From Tubulanus polymorphus (lineage: Eukaryota > Animalia > Nemertea), in the NCBI RefSeq assembly GCF_964204645.1, contig NC_134026.1, positions 13,142,050 to 13,206,049 on the forward strand: 64,000 nt of DNA. Direction: 5' to 3'. The notes under the pieces were generated by a model. That model did not search any database. It was not told the DNA's origin and saw nothing but the letters and a program-made list of their open reading frames with translations. Positions 36,885 to 49,753 of the stretch are shown piece by piece; position 1 is the stretch's first letter, and each line of letters begins with the position of its first letter. A program made the translations under genes and the position numbers.

Positions 36885-38526
36885 CTGTAATTTGAAAGGT
36901 GTTGATAAAACCTCGAATAGATCAGAAAATGCACAAAAAAGAATTTTGGTCTAAAATGTGCATTAGGTTCATTTTGTGCAACATGAATTCCCAATATGAG
37001 TTCCCATTTTGATATTAAAGTTGATTTTTGCAAATTCACAACATTCCTATCTCTGTAGTGCATAAATCTACCTGCAAATACTTGGACAGCCGAACACTGC
37101 CGACGTTTGCCGAAGTAAGTTCCGAGGTATTAAATCTTATCCTGAAATATGAGGAGCATCCAAATTCCAATTTTAGATGATTTTTAGACAACATTGATAC
37201 TGTTTTTGCACCTCATTAGCGAACCTATGGTTCACTTTTGCTTCCACTAGCTGATGATGTGATGCATCCAATTCATTTGCCTATCGCGAAAAATTTCAGT
37301 AAAATGGTAGGCACACTTTCATCTACATGGTCCTGAGATCTGATTTTTCATCAGAGGTGTCATATAGTATCTACTTTACGTTCTGAAAATTTCATATAAT
37401 TCCGGACGCATGTTTTTGTGAAATAATCGAAAATATGCCAAAATTGAAGCAAATTGCCATTCTTTTTGTATAGGCCTACATGCGTTTCTGTGAAATCAAA
37501 ATATACCCAGACCGCTAGTACTATAAAGTTTTGGGTGTTGTTCAAACATTTTCCCAAATTTTTGCTGAAAAAAACATCTAGATTTATTCACAGGCCTGTC
37601 TAAACGCAGGGGTTCCACTCGCACCTAACTCTCTAATAACGTGGTTTGACCTTTAACTATTGTAAAATATGGTAGCCTATTAGGAACATTTTAAAAATTC
37701 AAGTGTGGACAGAATGCGCCGAATGGTGGATTCGAATTAATCGAGATCGAGGTTTTAACTTATTTCATAATATTTCAGTCGCAATGTTGATATTTTGTTT
37801 CAACAGATCGATAGTTTAGAGTTTCTTTGATTACATTTGTGAATGACCCCGATGCGTCTCCATACACTAGAGACATCGCACACTACCGCGCATTTCCTGG
37901 TTTATTCACACGTGTTTACACGGCATTTCTGCTCAACAAAGGTAAGATATTCTATGAATAAAGATTGTCATTGGTCCTAAATGCCCTGAAAATCTACTAC
38001 AGCAAGATGTTAGTACGGGATGAACAGAATATCAAATCCTCTGTCTATTACGATGTGATTGCTGTAATTCAATGGAATTTAATTTTCACTTTATCGATCT
38101 AAAGCATTGTTTTACAGATACTGGTACCCGAAGAATGAATCACCACCTCGACTCATCAAAGCAGGAAGTTTCAACTAATATTGTAATACAAACCTTCCAA
38201 TATGATTAGGCCTAGCTCCTGCGTTATCTTTTGATATGAATATTATCATCGAAAAACATATGTGACTATTGAAACAGAGTTGCCATTAATATTGTGATTT
38301 TTATGGCTCCTTTGAAGGTTTGAAATGAAGGCAATGTGTATATAGACCTACTGCCTATTAGTCGATGGTCAGGTGAGCTACAAGACCATTGGTCTTTTAT
38401 AGTTTATATCTGGCAAAAAAATTGATTTTTCAGGCACGTTGGAAGCAAATTCCTAATCTTACGGCCAATTGGTGGCTTTTGACAGGTTCTGATTTTGCCA
38501 CGGCGAATTTGCTTTGAATTTCTTTA

Positions 38527-39152
38527 AACTAGAGGTCCAGGGACACCATGCCCACTTGGGAAGTGGTTTCAAATGCTCAAAAATCTAACAATTTCAATAT
38601 TCAATGCCCCCTAGTGACCATATACAAAAACCAATGACCTTGAAACTCACCGCAATCATAGAATATGTCAGCAGCTATGATTTTGTAAATGATTGAGATA
38701 ACGAAATATGCTTCGTTACCAAATTAATAAGGAAATACTCAGAATTTGGGCCAAAATTTACATTTTTGGCCACTAAAAAGGTCATAGGACGGCCATCTTG
38801 AGTCCGATCGACCCAATTTTTCTTATGTTGATGGGTCCTTGGGGAGTACAAATATACACAAACAATCAAGGTTATTGATAAAGCGTCTTCAAAATTTCCC
38901 TCGAAAAACTTGTGTAAAAAGTGCTGATTTTGGCGAACAATGGCTGCCAGTCAGCCATCTTGAATCTGACAGGGCCAGTTTTTGGCCTGAAGATGTGTCT
39001 AGGATAGATACATGTATAAACCAAATATCAAGACATTACCTTGAAGCACCTTCAAAACTTCCCAAAATAACTGGATTCCGTCTACGGACGGACGGACGGA
39101 CGGACGAAAAGTGAACGCAATGGCCGGCTGGGACTAAAGTCCCAAGTGGGCT
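38527..39152 (+). mobile_element. HINE family 1, internally deleted copy
   Basis: Same termini as 21088-22314, but most central repeats are absent. Confidence 0.8.
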
Positions 39153-41957
39153 GGAAACATGGTGTAGAAAAAAATCTTTCAGATAATCATCGCTCTCGCC
39201 GCTGCAGTCAGAACGGTTCCAAAGCCAGTTTTTATACATTCGCCGAAGTACGACCACAGGATTGCTTGGCATGAATGCTCTGTCGGAAATAACAGAATGC
39301 CTCTTGGAGATTGCTGAGATGTCAGCTCTACAAGTATATGCTGGAAGATTTAAGCATTACCGTATTTTTCAGCTAATAAGCCGAGGTTATATTTACTACC
39401 AATAATCTATTTAGAACTATTTTGTTACTTAGTTTCATCACCTCACAGAGGCAAAATACCGCAGTGCTAGTACATAAACGCGCGTCAACAGTATGCCGTG
39501 TGTGTGCGAATATAGGTGACAATATATATATATGGCTCTGTGTATAAGTAATCACCTGAGCAAAATAAGGCCAAAAAAAAGTTTCAGACTGAGCCTGTCA
39601 AAATGGTGCCGACCGAAAGAAATTTTTGGGCTTACTGGAAAATAAAATAACGAAGAACGACTTCCGACTACTGCTAAACTACTGGTTTAGCAGTAGTGTG
39701 AGTGATACAGTACATACATGCTGTTCATATATAAAGCTGCTAACTAGCACGCTTGTATGATTGCAGCAAAGTGGTGTTAAAATGAAAGTTTTTTTTTATC
39801 AAACAATTTTATCATGAATAAAAACTATTATAGCAGTGAGATGAGACTTTATTTTCTAAATTCTACTTCATCATAGAATTTGTAATGAAACTTTATTTGT
39901 TAATTGGAAGATTTTTGATTGGCCTATGGAATTAAGCTACATGTATCAGTTTATCACTAGCCCTTCTGGATGGCTGCGTCCTGCATGAAAATTTTCGTTA
40001 TTTCACTATTTAAGGTTTCTGCTGCTTCGCAGAAACCGTATTGTAATTCTCGTGATTCCACTTTTCAGACAAATGTTTTTCATAAAATGTATCTCCTCTC
40101 AGGTTCCACTACTAACAGCTTATAAACGTCATTTTTAATTCTGACAGAATATAACTCAGCGTCTGACCATTTCGAATTTGTGCACATAGTAATTTATTAT
40201 GAATTAATTCCATGTAATTACCGGGTCTAAACAGCGACAAGAATAACACAAAGCATTGTCATCCATTTTATAAAAGTACGTCCCGAAAATCCTACAAATT
40301 ACGGGACGACCTTGAGCGTCAAACTCAACCACAGATTTAGACTTACAATGAGTCCGCATCCGTCATTTACCGTGAACAATATACAGCCGGTGCACAACAA
40401 GTGTCTTATTAATGAAACAACATGGCGGATGGTTGAAATCATTATCGGCTTAAATTCATCGCAAATTTGTGGTGAGTTTTAGGACTTTAACGAACTATTA
40501 TCCCTAAAATGAGTCAATTGATTAATTCTATTCGTAAATCAATTTACATTGGCTACATTTCCTGGAGATTCCTGGCTCAAATAAATGTAATACGGACAGA
40601 AATGGTAGGGATTTTCATATGGAATTTTACTTCCACCTTCACTTGATGACCCAGATCGATGACAATGACAGCAGAGTTTATGTAATTTAAGGTGAGAATC
40701 CATTAATCAGGGAATGTTAGACATGATTACTTGCTCTAACTGCAGTTAAGGTCACTTTTCCACTGGGTGGTGCTATGATATAAGTACATATGGTAGCAAA
40801 TGAGTACTCCGCGAAGCAATGATCATTGTTGGCTACCTACTTAATGCCTAGCTTTTTTGGGGGATACGCCAAGAATAGATTTAGTCCCTTAATGTAGTGT
40901 ACAGAGCCAGTGGAAAGCCTAAGTAGTTAGTAAGGGGCTGGTTTACACTCATGTATATGACTATCTATTTCGATTACTTCCTTTCCAGCAGTTACTCGCG
41001 GAATGAACTGGTCACTACGGTCTTCATTTCCTTTGCTGATTCTTGCAGCTGGTGGGAATATATTTAAACCACAGTGTACAAGTGTTTGTTTCAAATCAAG
41101 CTTTTTTGTTATCGGCAGTCAAAGTCGTAACTTACGCGCAAAAAAATTTGGATTAAAAATATTTGGATTAGTAATCAGTCGTGCTAACGTACATGCAGAA
41201 TCGGATTCATTGTTATTATGGGATGATAATTCATGGGCATCATGAGTCCTACGACATACCCTAGATATGAAGCTTTTTAAAGTTTATCAGAGGCTTGTTT
41301 TGGAGTAAACTGAATAGCCCTCATAATACCAATTCCACATGGCTTAACGGTCCGTGTTTATGCGCTACGAAACAGGAATGATAGATGTTTCACGAAAAAC
41401 GCAAGATTTAAATTGGTCTCCTAAGAAACCTATTATACTTTCTTTCACTCCTCTATTACGTATATTACATAACTGTGTAATTCTTACATTTGATTGCTCA
41501 ATAAGAGGTGGAAAGAGGTCAGATGGCATGAAAATCTACCGTGGCTGACTAATTGGCGCGAGTTGAGGTTTCAAAAGGAGTAGCCAAAATGCTTGTATCA
41601 TCAGGGGTAGACAAATTATCCGAAGATAAATGAAAACTTCACCTTGTTGATCGTCAGTTGATTTTGCTGTAATTATTTCGCCTGGATAAATCAACAAACA
41701 CATCATTCATTTCAAAATCTGTGTTCAGTAGAATTTCTTTCAATAAAATGAAAATTTATTTGACTAATTTTGATGTATTCAAGATTGAATTTGAATTGAT
41801 CTTAAAACCAGAGCAGAAAGCATTCAGCAATTTAGACAAGAGGACTTCAAAGTCCTGGGGTTCGAAGAAGCAAAGTCTGATGTACAAATTATCAATCACA
41901 TAAAGGAAAGGCAAATTATGAAAAGAAATTGATATTCCATTAGAGAACTTTGTTTAA

Positions 41958-44575
41958 AACTAGGGGTCCAGGGACACCATGCCCACTTGGGGAGTGGTTT
42001 CAAGTGCTCAACAATCTAACAATTTCAATATTCAATACCCCTGGTGACCATATACAAAAACCAATGACCTTGAAACTCACCACAATAATAGAACATGTCA
42101 TATGCTACGATTTTGTAATTGATTGTGATAACAAAATACGCCTCGTTACCAATTTAATATGGAAATATTAAGTAGAAATAGGGGTCCAGGGACACCATGC
42201 CCACTTGGGAAGTGGTTCCAAATGCTCAACAATCTAACAATTTCAATATTCAACGCCCCCTGGTGACCATATACACTAGGGGTCCAGGGACACCATGCCC
42301 ACTTGGGAAGTGGTTTCAAATGCTCAACAATCTAACAATTTTAATATTCAACGCCCCCTGGTGACCATTTACAAAAACCAACGACCTTGAAACTCACCAC
42401 AATCATAGAACACGTCAGCAGCTACGATTTTGTAATTGATTGTGATAACAAAATATGCCTCGTTACCAATTTAATATGGAAATACTAAGTCATTCTACTA
42501 TTCAACGCCCCCTGGTGACCATATTCAAAACCCAATGACCTCGAAACTCACCACAATCATAGAACATGTCATGAACTACAACTTTGCAATTGATCATGGT
42601 AACAAAATATGCCTAGGTACCAATATAATAAGGAAATACTAAGTTATTCTACTATTCAACGCCCCTGGTGACCATATAGAAAAACTAATGTCCTAAAAAC
42701 TTGCAACAATCATAGGTGATGTCATGAGCTACAACTTTCCAATTGATTGTGGTTACAAAATATGCATAGGTACGAATATAATAAAGAAATGCTAAGATAT
42801 TGTATTATTCAACGCCCCCTGGTGGCCATATACGAAATCCAATTACCTTGAAACTCACCACAATCATAGAACACGTTATTAGCTACAACTTTCTAATTGA
42901 TTGTGGTAGCAAAATACGCTTAGGTATCAATATAATGTGGAAAAACTTTTTCCCACTTACGAATGAGTACTGGTGACACAAAGATGACCGCCAATTGCGT
43001 CATAATTGGCTGATGAAAAATACCTGTCTCAGGTATAAAACATCCCTTTCCATAAAATACCCATCACAAATTGCAATGAGAAATGGCAAACCAGTAGGAA
43101 GCTACAGGACTCAGAATTCGGGCCAAAATTAACATTTTTGGGCACTAAAAAGGTCATAGGACGGCCATCTTGAGTCCGACCGACCCAATTTTTGTTATGT
43201 TAAAGGGCCCTGGGGGGGATTCACATATATCCGAAAGACCAAGGTAATTGATCAAAGCGTCTTCAAAATTTCCCTCAAAAACTTCAAAAATGTGTAAAAA
43301 GTGCTGATTTTGGCGAACAACAATGGCTGCCAGCCGGCCATCTTGAATCTGACAGGGCCAGTTTTTGGGCTGAAGATGTGTCTAGGGTAGATACATGTAA
43401 AAACCAAATATCAAGACATTAACTTGAAGCATCTTCAAAACTTCCCAAAATAACTGGATTCCGTCTACGGACGGACGGACGGACGACGGACCGGACGAAA
43501 AGTGAACGCAATAGCCCGCTGGGACTAAAGTCCCAAGTGGGCTAAAAAACTAATGACCTTGAAACTCACCACAATCATAGGACATGTCAGCAGCTACGAT
43601 TTTGTAATTGATTGTGATAACAAAATATGCCTCGTTACCAATTTAATATGGAAATACTAAGTTATTCTACTATTCAACGCCCCCTGGTGACCATATTCAA
43701 AACCCAATGACCTCGAAACTCACCACAATCATAGAACATGCCATGAACTACAACTTTGCAATTGATCATGGTAACAAAATATGCCTAGGTACCAATATAA
43801 TAAGGAAATACTAAGTTATTCTACTATTCAACGCCCCCTGGTGACCATATAGAAAAACTAATGTCCTTACGAAATCCAATTACCTCGAAACTCACCACAA
43901 TCATAGAACACATTATGAGCTACAAGTTTCTAATTGATTGTGGTAGCAAAATACGCTTAGGTATCAATATAATGTGGAAAAATTTTTTTCCACTTACAAA
44001 TGAGTACTGGTGACACCAAGACGGCCGCCAATTGCGTCCTAATTGGCTGATGAAAAATACCTGTCTTAGGTATAAAACATCCCTTTCCAAAGAATACCCA
44101 TCACAAATTGCAATGAGAAATGGCAAACCAGTAGGAAGCTACAGGACTCGGAATTCGGGCCAAAATTAACATTTTTGGGCACTAAAAAGGTCATAGGACG
44201 GCCATCTTGAGTCTGATCGACCTAATTTTTGTTATGCTGATGGGCCCTGGGGGGATTCACATATATCCGAAAGATCGAGGTAATTGATCGAAGCGTCTTC
44301 AAAATTTCCCTCAAAAAGTTCAAAAATGTGTAAAAAGTGCTGATTTTGGCGAACAACAATGGCTGCCAGTCGGCCATCTTGATTCTGACAGGGCCAGTTT
44401 TTGGGCTGAAGATTTGTCTAGTTAGTTACATGTGTAACCCAAATATCAAGACGTTACCTTGAAGCGTCTTCAAAACTTCCCAAAATAACTGGATTCCGTC
44501 TACGGACGGACAGACGAACGGACGAAAAGTGAACGCAATAGCCCGCTGGGACAAAAGTCCCAAGTGGGCTAAAAA
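41958..44575 (+). mobile_element. Head-to-tail cluster of HINE family 1 copies
   Basis: 5' fragments at 41958 and ~42177, a full copy at 42275-43549, and a 5'-truncated copy at 43550-44575. Confidence 0.85.
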
Positions 44576-45389
44576 TTCAGTTTGTTTTCCGTTTGCATTG
44601 CGCACGTGGTAATGTTATTGTTTACATCTGACGTCATCGATAAAATGAGGCGCGCAGCTATGCCTGCCTGTCAATCAACATAATTGGTTTACACTAAAAA
44701 TGCGCTTACTTGAAAAACTATGTAGTGTATCAATCTAGAATTTTCGGCACAATATCCGATGCTAAATACCTTACTTTAAAGGTTTATTTGGTGTAAATCG
44801 GATCACAAATATTTCTAATATTTTGTTCTTAACTTTTGAAGTGGAAGCCGGTGTCGGCATCAATGTGTGTATGGCTGTACGTACGGGTACTGGCGTTTTA
44901 ACAGACTCAGCATTGATGGTGTATTTATGCGCAAGTAGATGTAATGATTAGTTTGAACCAACCGCTACATCGGCATTCATTACGCATGATTTTAGAAAAT
45001 TATATTATTCAGAGTATTTGAATATATCTATCATGATAATTATAATATTCTTAAGACAAGCGAATTACGTATGTGGACCTATTTCATTGAGGCGTATCAC
45101 TCAATCTGAAAAAAAAAAATCTTCCGATCCTGTCACGTGACTGCAACTTGACAATAGCTTAGGTTCTCATTCTTCGAACCAAAAATCCTGTTGAGTCCCG
45201 AGTGGACCAAATCCATGGATAACACTGGTTTAGAAATAGGCTAACTGAAACTGCTTTATTCAACCAAAAGGCAACATGACTTCGTTGCACGAGTTACACA
45301 CCATTTCCGGTCATACTTATTACACAAAGATACCGTATAACAACTACAAACACTACAACTCCTCCCTTCTCAGAATTAAACCAATGTTT

Positions 45390-47065
45390 AACAAGGCAAT
45401 TCGATACTACGTATCTATGTCCCCCGCGATAGCCAGTAGGGAATGAATGCCCCCCGAAGACACTAATCTTTGGTATAGAAAAATAATGAGTGTATCCAGG
45501 GATAACCATACTATGAAATATCATTTTCCCGCTATGAATGGTTATTTAAGAATTGAGTTTACAGGGTTTTAGGCAAAAGACGTCTACCAACCTTGACCTT
45601 TGACCCTAGAACTCCAAAATCACTAATCCACATCCTCTCCCCAGGGGTAATCATACTATGAAATAGCGTTGTTCTGTTATCAATGGTTCTTCTTGGATCG
45701 TGTTTACAAGGTTTCATATGAATGATATCTAGTGACCTTGACCTTTTTCCCCAAAATCTATAGGGCACATCCTCTCCCTAGGGGTAATCATGCGATGTAA
45801 TATCATTGTATTGCTATCAACAGTTCTTTCTGAATCACATTCACGACACAAGGTTTCACATGAATGACCTGAAGTGACCTTGACCTTTGATCCTTGGAGC
45901 CCAGAATCAATAGGGCACATCCTCTCCCTAGATGTAATCATACTACGTAATATCATGGTCCTGCTATCAACGGTTCTTCTGGAATGACTTTCAAAAGGTT
46001 TCACATGAATGACCTGTAGTGACCTTGAACTTTCGTACTTGGACCCCAAAATCAATAGGGCACATCCTCTCCCTAGGGCAAATCATACTACATAATATCA
46101 TCGTCCTGCTATCGACGGTTCTTCTTGAATCACATTCACAAGGTTTTACATGAATGACCTGTAGTGACCTTGACCTTTGATCCTTGGACCCCAGAATCAA
46201 TAGGGCACATCCTCTCCCTAGGGGTAATCATACTACGTATTATCATGGTCCTGCTATCAACGGTTCTTCTTGAATGATGTTCACAAGGTTTCACATGAAT
46301 GACCTGTAGTGACCTTGACCTTTGGTACTTGGACCCAAAAATCAATAGGGCACATCCTCTCCCTAGGGCAAATCATACTACGTAATATCATCGTCCTGCT
46401 ATCGACGGTTCTTCTTGAATCACATTCACAAGGTTTTACATGAATGACCTGTAGTCACCTTGACCTTTGATCCTTGGACCCCAGAATCAATAGGGCACAT
46501 CCTCTCCCTAGGGGTAATCATACTACGTAATATCATGGTCCTGCTATCAACGGTTCTTCTTGAATCACATTCACAAGGTTTTACATGAATGACCTGTAGT
46601 GACCTTGACCTTTGATCCTTGGACCCCAGAATCAATAGGGCACATCCTCTCCCTAGGGGTAATCATACTACGTAATATCATGGTCCTGCTATCAACGGTT
46701 CTTCTTGAATGACTTTGACAAGGTTTCACATGAATGACCTGTAGTGACCTTGACCTTTGGTCCTTGGACCCCAAAATCAATAGGGCACATCCTCTCCCTC
46801 GGCATAATCATACTACGTAATATCATGGTCCTGCTATCAACGGTTCGTCTTGAATGGCGTTCACAAGCTTTCACATGAATGACTTGTAGTGACCTTGACC
46901 TTTGGTACTTGAACCCAAAAATCAATAGGTCACATCCTCTCCCTAGGGGTAATCATACTACGTAATATCACGGTCCTGCTATCGACGGTTCTTCTTGAAT
47001 CACGTTCACAAGGTTTTACATGAATGACCTGAAGTGACCTTGACCTTTGGTCCTTGGACCCCAAC
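45390..47065 (+). repeat. HINE-like element (family 3) with ~10 x 145-bp tandem array
   Basis: Starts AACAAGGC. Unit GTGACCTTGACCTTTG..CTTGGACCC..AATCAATAGGGCACATCCTCTCCCTAGG...CATGAATGACCTGTA is spaced every 145 bp. Confidence 0.9.
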
Positions 47066-48219
47066 ATGATTCCTAAGGTATGTTTTACCAGCCTCATTCT
47101 GGACAGTTAAATCAATGGCAAACGAGGCATCCGTCACTTAGATTTCATCTATTACATATTATTATAAAACACGTTTTCTAAGTCAACAAGGTAACTAATT
47201 TATTTATTTTAGTACAAAGGTTTGATTTGACACTAAAATCAGTTGTTGCATTGGAATTAACAGGAGTTAACCTCTATATGATACTTAAGCATCAGACATT
47301 GTAGGGAACGGGTATCGACTTGTATTCAGACTATAAACGACTGTGAAAGTTTCAAAACTGAGTGATCCATAAACGGCTGATTATGCCATTATTGGCAGAA
47401 AACGCCGAAATTGGCAGAATAAGCCGTTTTTGGAAAGTGTTCCTGACTGTCTATATGATACTTTAGCGTCAGACGTTAGGGAACCAATAACAATTACGAC
47501 TGGTATTCAGACTAAGTAGGCTATGGCCCGAATCAGCCACCATACATTCCTTAACCTTATAGACAGCAAGCCCGTAGCCAGGGGGGTTCCTCCGTTTGAA
47601 CAAACGCCCCTTTTTAGAAAGTGCCCTTAATGATTTTTTTTAGCCTATATAAAAGGTTCAGAGGCACCACTTGAGATGTTCAAGCCACATCCTACCAGCA
47701 ACTCTCAGCTCCGTTGTTTATAATGTTTGTGGCTGACCCTGTCACTAGGCTCATACAGTAACACAGTTGCAGATTAAAAAACTCTTTTCATTCATAATTC
47801 TTTAATAATAGTATTCTTTTAAATTACATTTCACTGATTCTATAGATATTTCTTCAATGAAAATTGCTCCAGTAATACAGATTCATATAAAAAATCATCA
47901 TTTTCAAATTCACCAGTCACCTTACGTCGGCGAAACAACTACATGCAATGTTCAATGACGGAGGATAGGTTAACCTCGTCTTGGCCCTCATGCACATACA
48001 TTACGTTGAGGTGTATAGATACCAAAGCTGAGACGCTGAAACATCCAGAGTAACTTACAGGCCCGTGCCCAGGGGGTGCATAGGTTGGTGCACCCCTCCC
48101 ACAGAATCTTGAGTTCCACTATTTTTTTCAAAGAAAATTACTTAGACTTGATTTCACGTCTTTCTTCTCTCGCACTTGCTCACATTCATATAACTATGAT
48201 ATAGATAAAGACTGATATA

Positions 48220-49378
48220 AACAAGAAAATTAATTCTAATAAATTATTTGACGCCTGCAAAAAAATGTAGAATTTCTGGGATAAGCTAATGTGGAATTGC
48301 AAATTTGAAATCGAAGTTTTAAGAAATTTGGGGAATTATGAGGTTTGGCGATTGGGTAGATGATACAGGTCTTCGACTGGTCTAATTTAAAAAAAAAAAT
48401 TGTCAACTCTCGACCGACTTCGATTCACTTCTAAGCTCTAAGCTCTACGCCTCTAAGCTGGTCTGCAACTTCATTACCTCCATGGTTGAAGAAAGAGCTC
48501 TTCTGATGTCTGCTTCATCATGATTTCGAGCATATTGTGTAGCCAGCCAGCCCGGTCCCCGGTTTTGTTGTCACTCGATATCCTAGTCTTGAGTCTGGGT
48601 TGAAGTAGACATTGTCATTTAAATAACTTATGTTATTCTGTATGAATTACCCGTGTATCTTGTATTTTGTATTTTCTTATTATAAAATTTGTAACTTTAT
48701 TGAATTTGGGAATTCTATCCCGGAATTTCAATGTAATAAGGATCAATAAAGAATGGAATTGAATTGTCAGCTAATACACATGCCATCAGTGGACGCGGAG
48801 CCGTATATGACAGCTATGCTATTATAAATTGCTAATCTCATGAAACCTGCATACCCCTAATATCGAAAATATCTCTAAAACATTTGAATATTGAAATTAT
48901 ATGTTTACACGTTTTTACATTGACCGCTTGTAGCCGCCGATGAACTTCACGCCGGCCCTACACAGATCGTAGATAGCTTCGTCATTCCACCAGCATCCCC
49001 ATGTCAGGGTCTGACTTTTATATCAGACTTCCAAATCATGTATACATCCGCCATTTAAACGAATAATCTGATTTACTTATCATTTCTATACATGCCTGCC
49101 GCTTCCGACATAATCACACATCCTTTACTATTACAATACGTCTTCTCGTGATATTCAATGCAATATAACATTTTGATGTTCAAATAGAGGTCATTATATA
49201 ATCATAGGAAGCCATTCTACATCTTTGTCAATAATATTTTGCCAAATAGCTTGTATGTGTACACATAGACCTGTGACGTTTTGCACATCGATTTACGGTT
49301 GTCGTTTGTAAAATAACGCTGAATGGTCTACATTGTTTAGGTTTCATAATGGTAACGTTTTATAAGGCGTCAAAAAAA
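48220..49378 (+). mobile_element. ~1.15-kb HINE-like element, copy 1 (copy 2 at 50154-51306)
   Basis: AACAAG start, subterminal inverted repeats TTTGACGCCT / AGGCGTCAAA, A-run end. Co-linear with copy 2. Confidence 0.7.
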
Positions 49379-49753
49379 TTTGCCAGTCTCCATAAACGAA
49401 GGATGAGAATCTAGTACATGTTGTTGGATTAATAGACCTAATAAAAACTTATTCTGAAAATGTTTCGAGGATTAATTACATTATTTCAGTGACATTTTTA
49501 TATGAAATATTCACTAAAATTTGGCCAGTAATGCATTTAAAACATTTCCATTTTCAAAATTTTCTTGGCGCTCGCGATCATTACGACACAATCAAATGAG
49601 TTACACACCCTCTCTAAATTCGCACCCAGCCAAGAGAGGCTGCGTACGGGCGAGTCTGAATACCAGTCGTTGTTACCGGTTCCCTACAACGTCTGACGCT
49701 AAAGTATCATATAGGGGTTAACTCCTGTTAATTGCAATGCAACAACTGATTTT

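Noticed and set aside
41488-41529. Candidate SPATA6 first exon (MPSDLFPPLIEQSN|gtaaga, minus strand)
   Set aside because: The phase fits, but there is no similarity to the SPATA6 N-terminus.
45559-46925. Series of similar 69-108 aa ORFs
   Set aside because: They are by-products of the 145-bp tandem repeat.
45590-47065. CRISPR-like array
   Set aside because: Whole units are homologous with no unique spacers, the context is eukaryotic, and there are no cas genes.
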